Positions 43,469 through 57,111 of a stretch of DNA of 64,000 nucleotides are shown piece by piece (position 1 is the first letter of the stretch; the number at the start of each line of letters is the position of its first letter). The DNA lies in the NCBI RefSeq assembly GCF_009914755.1, contig NC_060926.1. The stretch is one strand, 5' to 3'. The position numbers were made by a program, and so were the translations under genes. The notes under the pieces are model-generated. The model had not been told where the DNA came from and did not search any database. It saw nothing but the letters and a program-made list of their open reading frames with translations. This DNA is from the human T2T-CHM13v2.0 reference genome, Homo sapiens.

Positions 43469-46400
43469 GTTTGAAGTATTTCTCCAGAGAGAATTTCCAT
43501 TTATTTTGTCAGACACCTGGAAACATTATCAATCTAAGAACATTTTAAAAATTATTTTTGGGGGCTGGGGGGCATGGAATTAGCCCATTCTCGGTGCTCC
43601 AAACTTGTATGAGAATGTGGGATTTTGTTAAGCATTCTCGTAAAAGACTTTTTCCTTTTGTTTCTCCCCCTCTGTCCTACCCAGAGCCAAACCTTGTCAG
43701 GCAAACCAACTTCTTTGGGGCAGATTTTTTCTTATTCATCCACTGAGGGTGGCTCCTTCCTGAGATCCTGGCTTTATGTCAGAGGAGTACATGTCCTGAC
43801 CACCGACCCACTTGTGCCAACTTTTAACTTGTGGCCCATTGGAAACCCATCCGGTCTCTCTATAGTCAGCAGAAACCTTCAGGACAAATATTTCTATCTA
43901 GTTTATCCCTACCCCCACCCTCAGAATTGCACTTTCTTGTAATTTCTACTCTCCAGTTGTCTTCGATCTCACTTTAGAAACAAAAGCAAAATAAAAATAG
44001 ACATTTTTGGATATTTTACCCACCATTTCAGGTGTTCTAAATCAAATGAATTCTTCACTCTTACTTGATCATATTGTCAGAAACAGAAGTCCTCATTTGG
44101 TTTTTAAAATACCCAAAATATTAGCATGATCTGAGTAAGTGCTAAAATGACTAGCCTTCCAGACCATGTGCTAACCTGTAATGTTGGTCTTCAGCCTACC
44201 CACAGCTACTGTAGAAATAGGCAGGGATGGAGGCAGCCTGTTAGCTAGTGAGTCAGTTATTTATTGATCTCAGTCTGGCAGAGAATTCAATACAGCTAAG
44301 TAATAAATACTGACTCAGAAGTATATGCCCCCTAGCAAAGAACTTTGGAATGCCTACTAAGACCCCAAATAACTGCTTATTTCCATTGGTTGTAGATAAA
44401 CAGGTATCCTGCACCAGCAACAGCTTTATATTTTATTTTGTAAGGCAATAAAAAATATGTAATTCCCTAGGGGCCCACATAAAATATTTAGTCTTTAAAA
44501 ACAGTTAGTTTCTATCTAGTGTTATATGAGTTTTCAGGATCAGTCAAGATTTCTTCGCACATTGTAAGCTTAGATATAGTCCTCCAGGGAAAGGAAGGCA
44601 TTGCAATTATAAGCTTCAATTAACCATCATATCTTGGCAACAATATTTTTTAGGTCCCCAGGCAAAATAAAGCACAGCTATCGAAATTAGTATCTCAATT
44701 CTCTGCCTCACTTTCATAAAGGAAGTATTCAATATACATAATGATCTTATAAAATTCAAGGAAAAAATGGCAAAGAAGTCAAGGAAAGTAGCCAGACTCC
44801 TGATGTTTTCTACCTGTAGACTGTAAGAGACTCCCATGCTGTGCAATGACATTCATTAGACTTTTTGTAGTTTCAACTGGACAACCCTGTAACCCATGCA
44901 GAGAACACCTCATACAAGATTGAACTATATGAAATTGCTGATACGACTATTTTTGACCTTCGAATTTAGAAATTTCATAGGTTCAATCTAATATTTTGCC
45001 TTCCCAGTTAAAATCGATTCTTGCTTGTCTGGAAACTACGAAGTTATAATATAATGGAATAGAAGCCTCTCTGTGACATTATGGAGCATAAAAAGGGATC
45101 TGGGCAGACATGTTAATAAGAAAGAAGAAATTTAAATATGCCTACTTTTCTTTTAGGACCACCAGCAAATTCTCTGTGGTATGCCAGTGGTGTCAAATTT
45201 TGTTTAGATGTTCACCTGTAACTGTGCCTCTGATACTCTGTGGTTCTTTTCAGCTATGCGGCATTCTTCTGATTCATTTTTCTCCATTTGTGCTGTTTTT
45301 CTCTGTGATGTGAATCCATCCCTATCCATTATGTCATGCCTCCATCTTTTGCTGCTTCTTCAGATTGCACTGAGCCATAAGAGGTAAGCTCCATCAAAAG
45401 AGGGAAAATTGACTTTCCTTTATGCTCAGGAAGAATCCTTTGTCCAAGGTATTCCATAACCCTGCCCCTGAAATCAATACTCTCTAAACTACCTTTTAAA
45501 AGGAACTGAATGAAAACAATTCCTCATAGCCACACTCACACCAGAATTCCTTGAATGCTGTTGCACACACATTGCAAACTCAGCAAACTTAATTAGCTGT
45601 TGCTTACTAATGATCTTGGACATTATTGCCCGTAGATTTGTACCTTAGCATCACCCTCAATTTTCAGTATAGTAATATATATACTAAAATACCCCAGAAA
45701 TTGGTATTATTTACTGCCATCTTAAATATAGAATTTCTAAGCCTGCCATCATCCACCAGGCTAATAATGATTATAATAAAAAGGCAATATTTGAGTGACT
45801 CTATGTCATCATCCTTGATGGAAACAGTGACATTTCCAAACATGAATGGGTTTGGCTATTTACATGCATAAAATTCATCAGATAATTACCAACCTCCCCC
45901 TTATGTTTTACCATATAGTTAATGAGAATTATTTTCATATTGATCTCAATTGCATTTCCAAACTTGGATTAGAATTTCCCACAGCCTGTAACTGATAATA
46001 TCTCAGTTTTATCCTGAGAAGTTTTTGAGCACAGGAGAATTGAAATTGGTTTTGATTCAAAAATGCCTTGGGCTTCTTAAGCAACTAAAGTAATTTTTCA
46101 GCAATATATTTTTAAGAATTCTTGTATCTAAAGAAGGCAAGCTAATCCATATAAGAAGCCTTACATATCACTATTTAGATTGTTCATTCATCTATTGTTA
46201 ATCCTCTCAGTTGCCATCTAACACTTAGAGGCAATAAAATGATCCTCTACCCCATACATATGGTCCACGTTAAGTTTCAACCTTGTTAATCCTGAAGGAG
46301 CCAGGGTTCACAATATAATGCTATTTCAGCAGTGTTACCTATGTCTTTCTGTCATTAAGCTTTGAATCCACATTGCTTTATATTGGCAATGTGTCATATT

Positions 46401-48157
46401 GTGACAGGCTAAGAATAAATTTGCATCACTTGCCTGACCTCTAAACTGACATTCTGTTTTAGAGACAAACGTTCCAACCTTTACCAGACACAGATTTGCA
46501 TATCTGAACTGTTTAGTGAAATGAATACTTAATACAAGAAAGAATGTAGATATTTAGTCTATATGGCATGGCACTGCAATACTGCTGGGTTTAATGCAGA
46601 AGATCATCTGACTCCTTGCAATCTCAAGTTTTTCTATCCCTGTGACCTGCTTCCTAGTCTTGACCCCATGCATTGATGAGATAGATTCTCATCATTAGTA
46701 TCCACCTTTTGTTAAGGATAGATACTCACCATTAGTGTTCATCTTGCATTCTGTCTTTCACATAGGTTAATTTTTCATGTTGTGGTAATACATAATATTC
46801 TTTGTAAAATTAAGTACCTACATAAATATATTTTCATTGTAATTTTTGATGGCTGCATTTAAGACATATACAATGAAGAAAGGCTTAAGGAACTAACTTA
46901 CTTGAATCATCCAGTGTGTTTGGGATACTTTGGTACCCAAAAATGTAAAGTAACCAGCTCTGCCTGTCCAGGGAAGGGATTTAAGAAGGCTTCTCAGAGG
47001 AGGTAACTAACTGAATCCTGAATCTTAAAAATGGGAATTTTCTGGATAGAAAAGGAGTTTCAAGGCTCTGCAAGCCGTGAGACAACATGTGGAATGGCAG
47101 AAGATGTCATATTTGGGAGATAGCAACTAAGTTGACATAATTGGACCATAAAGCACTTGAGATGGGCATAGAAAAGGAGATGACCCAAATCACAAAGCTT
47201 GGATATCTTTATTTGTTTTATGGTTGAGGTGGATGGAGGCTATAATAGATATCAAATGGGGAAATGATATGTTTATATATTTATGTTTTAGAAAACAATA
47301 GTACATGGGACTAATATCCCACTTTAAGTATTAATAGTTAATTTCTACTTGCACTCTACAAATTATCTTTTACTAAGATTTATGGGAGTATAAATTAAGA
47401 CAATGTAAATGCCAAAGAGAAACTAGCATAGGACCAGCATCAATGAGACCTGGGTTGAATCTTATGTTCCTATATTCACCCCTTTCATGCTATATGATAG
47501 TGAAAAATTATACCTCATTTTAAAAAATCTTAAATGGGGGACATTATTTATAGATCACAGGGATGTTATATATTATAATTCTAAAAGTTAACTGACATGT
47601 AATTGACAGTCTATGTTAGCCTCTATTTTAACTTTATGGATTGATACATTGTTAAGAATACTACTGCTTACCATTATTAAAAATTATTTCAATTTGAAAA
47701 TCTGTGGTTACTGAGTAACCTATGGTTATTAGTAACCCTAAAATGATAAATAATATTGTGATGTATTTTTTAAAAAACTGACACAAGTCAAAATACACAT
47801 GAATAGTTGATATATATTTTCTTATGATCTATTGACCTTCTATGGAAAACTTCTCATTACTTCTTTCCTTAACTTTTTTTAAAAAATCTTTCAAAGATTT
47901 CAGTAGAGTATTTGATTCTTACCAGATTCTGGATATCAGCTAAAAGATGTTTCTTCTTTTTTCTTTTTTTTTTTTCAAGCACATTTTGACATGACAAGGT
48001 GGAGCCATGTCTTTCTGAAGAAATGCTCTATCATTTATCAATTAATCTCCTCTTTATCAAACATTTTCAATTAAAACCATGCCTATTTAAGTATAATCCA
48101 GTCAGTTATTTATGACAAAATAAAAAAAAAAAGACTAACTCAGCAAGATTGAGCTTC

Positions 48158-48368
48158 CTTTTCTTTTTTGAGGTGGAGTCTCACTCTGTCTCCCAGGCTG
48201 GAGTGCAGTGGCGCGATCTCAGCTAACTGCAACTTACACCTCCCAGGTTCAAGCCTCAGCCTCCTGAGTAGCTGGGACTACAAGCACGCTCCACCATGCC
48301 TGACTAATTTTTTGTATTTTTAGTGGAGATGAAGTTTCATCATGTTGGCCAGGCTGGTCTTGAACTTC
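48158..48368 (-). mobile_element. Truncated AluS (5' part missing, internal deletion)
   Basis: gaggtggagtctcactctgtctcccaggctggagtgcagtggcgcg...ggccaggctggtcttgaac. Confidence 0.88.
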
Positions 48369-48906
48369 TTTTTTTAATAGCCAAAATGTGCAGAACCAAT
48401 TTTACCTCTTTGGAACATATGGATGGTTATAGACAAAAGACTATTGCTGGTACAAAATTACTTCTGACGCTCTTGGTTAAAATAAGACTGGTTCTAGAAA
48501 TGGAATATTTGTTTGCTTCATGTAAAATTTAGGGTTCAAAAAAAGATTCATCTTTAAGACCTCACTAAAAGCTCTTTCACTCTACACTCAAATCGCTGTC
48601 ACCCTTAAATATACAAAGTTGGAGACATGTAATTACTTGAGATTCTTGAGAAGAAGGAGAAAGCAACACAGAAACCTACCTAAAATGTCTAATCCTTCAA
48701 GATCCACATTTTTGGGGGGGATTTTGCTTTCCAGATTTCTCACTACTGTGTTGGCCATACTGACACCACCCTGGGAAATATGGCCAATATAAATCAAAAC
48801 ATGAAGAGGAAAATAAACTAAAAATACACAGTAATTCCCTTTAAGACCAATTTAAAGTTATTGTTCATTAATCCCACATTATTCTTTCCTAAACAACCCT
48901 ACACAG

Positions 48907-49119
48907 GAAGCCCCTGTGGTGGCCAGAGCAGCCTTGTTCCTGGAATGTGCTCGTTTTGTTCACCGCTGCAACCGTGGCAACTGGCCAGAGTGGATGAAAG
49001 GGCACCACGTGAACATCACCAAGAAAGGACTTTCCCGGGGACGCTCTCCCATTGTGGGCAACAAGCGAAACCAGAAGCTGCAGTGGAATGCAGCCAAGCT
49101 CTTCTACCAATGGGGAGAC
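48907..49119 (+). CDS. UNC80: UNC80 coding exon J (213 nt, phase 0-0)
   Basis: Acceptor acaaccctacacag|; EAPVVARAALFLECARFVHRCNRGNWPEWMKGHHVNITKKGLSRGRSPIVGNKRNQKLQWNAAKLFYQWGD; donor GAC|gtgagc. Confidence 0.96.
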
Positions 49120-49204
49120 GTGAGCTTTCGGTTTTCTTCTATAACAATTAGGTTGCTTAAGTGAAGTGGAGTCATTTTTTGATTGATTGTGTTTGTTTTG
49201 AAGA

Positions 49205-49445
49205 CAATTTATTGAGTGTTTGTTATGTACCAGGTACTGAAGGAAACACTTTGGGAAAAAATAAGCAACTCATTTAATCGTCCCAATAAATCTATGAGGT
49301 TAGACATTACTATCTCTGTTTTACAGTTAAGAGAACTGAAGTTTATACAGGTCAAGCGACCTACCAAATTTTACATATCTATTAATAGTAAGTAGAGGAA
49401 CCACTATTCCATCTCACAGATTAGATTTCAAAGCCTTGCTTCTAA
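49205..49445 (-). mobile_element. MIR SINE
   Basis: tttattgagtgtttgttatgtaccagg...ctcatttaatc...ctatgagg...ttttacagttaagagaactgaag. Confidence 0.65.
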
Positions 49446-50126
49446 TTGCTATATTCATCAAGAATTATCTTTTTGAAAGTCATTGTTATAATTGTAAAAT
49501 ACACCCTTATTTCAGTTTCTATTCTAATTTATATTTTGTAAGGCATGATTTTTTCTAATTTCTTAGTGAAATTTTCTCTTTTGTTGATGTGCCTCCTTTA
49601 AGTTGCCTGAAAGCCTTTGGAAATTGCACTCACATAAACACATATTTATGTATGCATATGAGTAAGTGAATAAATTTAAAAGTGAATGAATGAAACTTCT
49701 TTAGGAATTCTAACAAAATGGACCCTTAAAATAACTACAACTTCTTTACCATAGAAGGAAAAAAGGTGAAGAATAAAAGGAAATTCAAGAGGACCAAGTT
49801 TCTGCTAATTTTAGACAGAGCTGAACATAAACACACATAAAGAGGTTCCATATATTCCTCTTTTCTTAAAGATTACTTGGAATAACTGTTACAATTTCCG
49901 TTAATAATTCAGCTGAATGTGTCTACCAATGTGCTTACCAACTAAGGTATTCTTCCTCCAGTTTTACCCATATCTTTTTTGCAAAGTGCCAAAGTTATTC
50001 AAAAGGCATGAATTGTATTTAGTATGTGTGCAGTCTTTCTGTATCAGTCTTTCCTTCTTTATTTGCTGTTCTTTGGATTTTCTTTCCTATATAAAAACAT
50101 CCTGTTTAAAAAGATACACGTATGTA

Positions 50127-50148
50127 TGTGTGTGTGTGTGTGTGTGTG
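50127..50148. repeat. (TG)11 microsatellite
   Basis: Directly visible. Confidence 0.95.
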
Positions 50149-50639
50149 TATGATATGTTGGAGTAGAACACTTTATTAATGCTAATGTCAATGATCAACA
50201 CTTAGCACTGCCCTTTTCAGGCTTCGATTGCACATTATATATGAGAAGACACAGTTTCTCCTATGTAATATCTATTTTTGTAAATCGTTGAGATAAGTTA
50301 TTATGTGATTCCATTGTACTTATCCTTCATTTAATTATATTCGGTTTTAACCTTATGAAGGTTTATACAAGTCAAGCAGTGTCAATGAAATGCATATCAT
50401 GAGATACATAGAGGCACCAGTAATCTCTTTAATGTGGAGAGATGTTCCAACCCCCCATTTATTACCTGTCTCATTCAAGGAAGGTCTTATTGAGAGGCTT
50501 CTCTGAAACAACAGTCACAATTGATAATCCCATTGGCTTCCTACAGGAGAGGAAAACCATTAAGTGCTACACATTTGAGAGTTTCAGGTTTATAGGGAGA
50601 TTGTCACCAAGAGATTTCACAAACAAGTGTTTTCAGGCC

Positions 50640-51500
50640 AAGAGTCTTCTGACTTTCTTGCAGCATTTGACACTGCCAACTGCACATACCTCTGTCTTTT
50701 GTCCTTTGTCTTTTTGAAACCATCATGCTTCAGAGTTTCCTTGCACCTCTGTGCCTAATTCTCTGTCTCCTTTCCTGGTCCTCTGTCTCCTCCCTCGTCA
50801 TAAACAGATATTCTCCAGGATCTCTCTTAATTTCTTCCAATATAACTTACTTCAGGGTTACATTTATTCTTATATTTCCAACTGTAACCTGTAAGTACAG
50901 ACTTCCCTAACCATAGCAGTTTTCAGATCCCAGACCTACATTGCCAGCTGCACTTTGGAAACATTCATTTAATATCCTAGAACTCAATCTTCCAAAATAA
51001 AACCCTTCTCCTCAAGTAAACACATTGCCACCTACAACCCTTCTGAGCTTTCTATTCTTATTGATACCACCGTCATCTGAGATGCCAACCTTTGAGCATA
51101 TCCCAATCTCCTCCCCTATTGATCCCACCTCTTTCATGTCACTGAAGCCCCTTAGGCCAGATCCCCATGACTTCTCATCTCGATGATTAAACTTTTTTCC
51201 TATTTGGTCTTCTCCTCACAGTCTCCTCTCATTTAATGCATCCTACACACTGTCAGTGAAAAGATCTTCCTACAGCCCAGCCCACCCAAGATATGACATT
51301 CATCCTCATCTCCCAGCCTCCAGACTTGCACCCTCTAATTCATTCTCCAAACTGCTCTCAGAGTGATTAGGCTACAATGCAAATTAGAGTGTGTTTCTTA
51401 TCCACTTAAAATGCTTTCAGTGGCCCTCCTTTTCCCTCAGGATAAAACCCAAACTGCTTAGCCTGCCATCACTGCCCTCTCCACGACCTTTGCTCAGACC
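50640..51500. mobile_element. L2 LINE fragments
   Basis: gcagcatttgacactg...; ccacttaaaatgctttcagtggccctcc...ctcaggataaaacccaaact. Bounds approximate. Confidence 0.55.
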
Positions 51501-52009
51501 ATTCCAAGATTATGAGTGATGAACTGAAATGAGCTAATGTACCTAAAGAATATGTATTTAAATACTTTCCTCCTAATGTATGTTCAATAATAATCAGTTC
51601 TGACATGAATTTTTGAAAGCAGAGTCCATGCTTGTCTCAGCATTCCTGGGTAGCTAGTACAACATCCCTGGCATAAGTGATCAGGTTACTTCTCCCACTC
51701 AGAAACTACCTTTCATCCTTCTCAAGAATGTGAAATGAAGTTCAACTTCAAGAACTGTAGGATCTGATCCAAATCTACCTTTTCAGCCTTCCTGTACATT
51801 ATTTCCTCTCACAAAATTGAACTTCAATTATGTGGCCCCTCTGTCAGTCTCTCAGCACATAGTGCATTTCCATGAACATAAATCTTTCAGGACCGTCCCC
51901 TCGAATGTCTGCTCTCCCCATTCTCCATCAGTCAAAACACCAATTTGTCAAAGTCTACAAACTTTGAGACCTTCTGTGAGATTTTCTGTGATCCTCTGAA
52001 CTAAATTTT

Positions 52010-52196
52010 CTCTTTATTTCTTTATTTTTTTATTTCAGTGGCTTTTGGGGTACAAGCAGTTTTTGACCACATAGATGAATTAATTTTATAGCAGTGAATT
52101 CTGAGATTTTAATGCATCCATCATCCGAGTAGGGCACGTTGTACCCAAAATGTAGTTTTCCAGTCCCACAGCTCCCCGACCCTCTCCCTCTCTGAG
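52010..52196 (-). mobile_element. L1PB-like 3' end fragment
   Basis: gcttttggggtacaagcagtttttg...gtgaattctgagattttaatgcatccatcatccgagtag...ttgtaccca. Confidence 0.8.
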
Positions 52197-54104
52197 CTGA
52201 ATTTAATCTATCTTATGAGCTAATAAAGTGTTTCTAGTCTCTTTAGCCAGTTAATGAGTTGTTTCGTTATGTTATTACATCCCTCAATAGACTGTAAGCT
52301 CGTTGAGAGGAAGAACACAGACATAGACAGTCAGACATCCTATGTTTGAATCCTGCTGAGCAACCTTGGGCAAACCTCCTAGCCCCTCTAAACTTCCTAT
52401 TTGCCAAACAGTAATCTTTCTTATGTGGGCTTATAATCTACCAAGGCACATTAAACAAAGGTACTAGTGTACTATAACAACTTACTCAACTTTATGTTCT
52501 ATTTAAAACCTAACAAATTACCTCACTTAATAAATATTTGATGAATGAAGGAAGAGACGAATAAACATAGCCCTGAGGCATTTTTCTAGCTTTGGGTGAG
52601 ACATAGAGATCTAAATTATTATTTAGACATATAGTATTACACCAGACAAGTTCATTTTTTGAGCAGCCCTTTAAGCTTTATAAACTGTGGACTTAATTTA
52701 AGTTGCTTAGTTACAACATCCTGGAATGGTCAATGTAGATATTTTTCCCTTTTGAGTCTCACTATTTAGTTTGTTGGCTCCATTCCAGACTCATAATTGT
52801 ATGTCACCTCCTTAACAGAGGATCTCCAAAATAGCAGCACCAAGATAAGTCTTTTTGTTGTGGTGGTGGTTTTGTTTTTACGATTTGTATCATTTGCTTA
52901 AAACTTACCCGGTTAGCAGCTAAAATTTTAGAATCCCACATACTGCATTCTCCTTGGTATAGTTTTTGCTTCCTGGTTTTTAGCTCCTCACTTAATTCCA
53001 GAGTTTAGGGAGACCTTTCGGTTTCCAGATATCTAAGACACTCAAAAATGTCTTTTCATTTAAAGAGTATGAGCATAATCTTCACTTAGAGAGCTTGAGC
53101 ATGTTGGTTTTCAGTAGTAAGTATATTTTCTTACTTGCTGAGAATTTAGTAACTTTTCTAAATATTTGCAAAGTATGATACAGAAAGAAAGAAGAAACTT
53201 AGCTGGAATTTTGCTCTTACTTAAACACAGAGTATCCAAACTGTCAAACCCCAAGTTCAGTGATCTGTTTAACTTTTTCTCTCTCACTCCTGAGCCTGTG
53301 TCTCTTCTATTGTTGCATGCAGTATATAATTGGAAATAAAATGAATTAGATAGAGATAGTGTTTTTTGTCTCTTCTTGTGGCAAATTCCTTTGATAAACC
53401 AGACAATAGTGCCTGATGATTCAATAACAGATAGCAAGGATGTTAGTTCTAAGAATACCGTGTAAAAACCAATATTATCCACGTGCTGAGTTATTAAAAC
53501 TCATATTTCTAATGTTGTTGGGCACTCTACCAAAAGAAAAGTTAGCATTTCTTACTAATTCATAGAGTATTATGGAAAGAGGAAAAAGGTCTATAAAAGA
53601 AGCCAATAAGTACATATATAATGACAGATAGAAAAAAATTGCAGCAACAGAATTCTTGCCAACTTCTAAACTCATTAGCATGACAGTGACATTCTCATTA
53701 AAAATAGCATAATCAGAAGCACTCTGAGGAACTGTGCCTTCTGATGTTTTACTGCAACAAAATCCTCCATTAAAAGCAATTGTGTACTCCCTTGTATCAT
53801 ATCTATAAAATAAATAACCTTTGAGTAAATGGAAATATTTTCAGAAAAACTTTTGTACAAATATACAAAGGTGTCATTCCAGTTTTTACAAGTCTTTAGA
53901 CTGAATGACCTTGGGGATAGCTGTTTCTTCCATTTCTGGTTTCCATACTGGCAAATATGGTGGAAACAACACTGTGGCATACAGAAGAGGCTTATGCTGG
54001 AAATAATTCTCATTAATTGGTTGCTTATGTCTGATGTAATGTGAGAGCCTATTTTAGAGTTTGACTTAGTTTGTGCTGTTTCATTGTTTTCCTTCCCATT
54101 TTAG

Positions 54105-54240
54105 GCAATTGGCGTCCGATTGAATGAGCTGTGCCACGGGGAAAGTGAGAGCCCAGCCAACCTGCTGGGTCTCATTTACGATGAAGAGACCAAGAGGAGA
54201 CTTAGAAAGGAGGATGAGGAGGAAGACTTTTTAGATGACA
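54105..54240 (+). CDS. UNC80: UNC80 coding exon K (136 nt, phase 0-1)
   Basis: Acceptor ttttccttcccattttag|; AIGVRLNELCHGESESPANLLGLIYDEETKRRLRKEDEEEDFLDD(S); donor ACA|gtaagg. Confidence 0.96.
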
Positions 54241-57111
54241 GTAAGGAGACTCCCTTTACTACAAGAACCCCTGCTTGTAAGAACCTCTGCTTTAGGAGCA
54301 CTTAATACTTCTCTTTTCTCCTTCATATTCTTACCACCTCCCCATGTCTTTCCACTGCTCCTTCTCCCCTTTTCCCTGTGCATGGGTGTAAAGCATGTGC
54401 ATAAAGCCACACAGAGACAAGGCAAGAACCAGAAAGAGAAGACAGAGAGGGGCAAGGAGCTGCAGGCAAGATGGAACATTTATTCTTTTCTTGTCTTTGA
54501 CAAAACAAATATTGGTATTAGACTTCTCTGAGAAAATATCTCTGAGGCACTATAGTTGTGGAAAATTTACTGTCCTAGAAGAGATTTTGTCAGGTTTTGT
54601 GTTTTTTATATTGCTCCAGGAAACAAAATCAGACCAAATAAAATTGAATGTGAAATATTTTCCAAATCACTAAAATATTGAAAATTTTAAACAGAGTATA
54701 TTATAGTATTTAACATGACACTTAAATATTAAAATATTCAGAGGTTGCTAGAACTGTGAATGTCTGCTGTACTGTACCTATTTATTAAATTTATAATAGA
54801 ATTTCATCATAGAAAAGTAGAGACAAAAAGATTCCTATTACATCCTTCTTCAACATCATTTTGTGCATACGTGTGTTCTATACCATACAAGCTTTTGTGT
54901 ATATGTACCACTGCCTTTTATGGAATACAAAATTCCAGTTATAGTTATGGAATTCGTATCTTTATATGATGAACATAGTGAGATCTCTTCCTCCTGACCT
55001 TCCCCTGTGGTTTGAAATTCAAGCTCCCTGACTACATGTTAAGAGTTGTCCTTCATTAGATGATTCAGACCTACTGCATTGTTGCAGTCATGAAATGTAA
55101 AAGAATGGATGGGGCGTAACATTAGGCAGGACTAAATAAGAATCAAAGAAAACTCTTATGATCTTCCTTTCCACGTTCCTTCCAAAGTTTTTTTTTTTTT
55201 GCATTTTTAAATCATGTTACCCCTTCTAAGACCTTATCAAATCAGAGCAAATCTTCTTGACGTAGCCATTGACAAAACACCAAATTATTATGTCAGTCTT
55301 TCAACCTAATAATGAAGGTTGGCCCCAAAGATATCTAAAGTAGCCTAGACTATCTTAGAATGAGGTTTATCCAACAATCACGGAACCTAGGGAAGGCCCA
55401 CCATAAGACCCATCTAGCCAGAAGGCATTCTAAGCCATCCTGGAACTTCCAGGGGCCCTTCAGAACAGAGAGAAGTTGAAGCAACATTAAATGCGTGCAT
55501 CCTCCTAGGCCAAAACAACTTGAATCTCCATTAGACTGCATAAGTGTCATTTACCAATATGTTCTGCCTAGAATATTAGTTTTTTGTTGAGACTAGGTAG
55601 AACTCAATCCTTGTTTATTATAACAGGATATTTAATATGATAGCCCTGAAAGAGCCTAGACTAAGACTAAGCTCATTGTCTGCAGGACTGGTAAGAAAAG
55701 CCTGGATGATAACCTTAGGAGTGAAACGGCAGACCCAAAAGTCTATACTGAATGTCTAGTGTTCAATTATTTTTTAAAAAGTGTTGCATATCCACACAAT
55801 ATTTAGTCAAATAGCCCCTATAAGACACATATAAGATTGATATGTCTGATTTTTAGTTCCACTTTCAAGTCAATACACAGCTCATCTTGCATTTAAAAGC
55901 TGATTATGGTGCAAGCAACTTTCGGGCTGGAAATTCTACAGAAGCTTGTCTTTTCCATTCTTGATGAGAGGCAAAGTCCCCGGCAACAAATTAACTCAGG
56001 AGAGAAAATGGTTTTCCTGAAAAAAACGATAGCTTAAATATCTACAGAAAGACCGTAATTTCCACCTATTTTCAAATGAAATCGTGAAGTATGTATTCTA
56101 TTCAATTAAGAAAGCCTAACACCCAGGAAACATTTTAGAGATATTTTTAGGACTGTTCATATGTAATGATATTGTGATTGCTTGATGACTTGATTCATTT
56201 AAAATGGATAACCATTTCCTTTCTTTTATAAGAGAAAGAATTCTACATGGCTTTGATTTTTTCTGAACACGTAAATAATATATTTCTACATCATCCTGTG
56301 TCATCAGTTGTGATGACACATATCTGAGAACTAATTCTGAGAATTAAAAAAATCACTATGGTGTTACCATGGCCATTATCTGTCTTTAGAGCAAAATCTA
56401 TTAGCTGGCTTCTAGTGGATACAATGCTTTATTAATTCAAAGGTCAATATTCTGCAGAGCAAAAGAGAATATTTGTACATTTCTAGTATAGCTATGCCTT
56501 AATTTGACAGGCTAGCTTGCACAAACTGTATGATATATGTGATCCAGTAAGTATGTCTTGTCTGTGTTGCAGAAACACATTTGGACTAGAGCTGAAACAA
56601 CTTCACTGCCCTCAAAACAGCAAGACAGACATCCCTCATAAAATGAACTGACAGAATTTTTATAGCTCCAAATCTAGTTCACTGCCATATACATAGTCTA
56701 AATCTGATTGAATAGCAGCGTAGAAATCTTGCGAAATTACTTCCCATTTCTGTTTTCGTTAAAAGGTATTCTAGTCTAGTTGGAGCTGCATTTTGTTACT
56801 CTATGATGCTTTAAGGAAAATAATTTAGTTCTGCTTGTTCAATATTTTAATACTGAAGCACTCTGTAGAATTTGCAAAATGGAGGGAGAGAGATGCTTAT
56901 GTTAGTGCATAAGTCATGCTAAAGGAATAGGTAAATTGAACTTACATAGATATAGATGAAGTCCTCATATGTAATTGGATGTTGGACATATATAGGTAAC
57001 ATTCTCATATGCAATTTGATTCTATACATGTGTAGCTATGTCCATCAAACTATGCATTTCTGTATTTTTTGTTGATTTGTCTCCTTATGAAAGAACACTT
57101 TCATTTCATAG

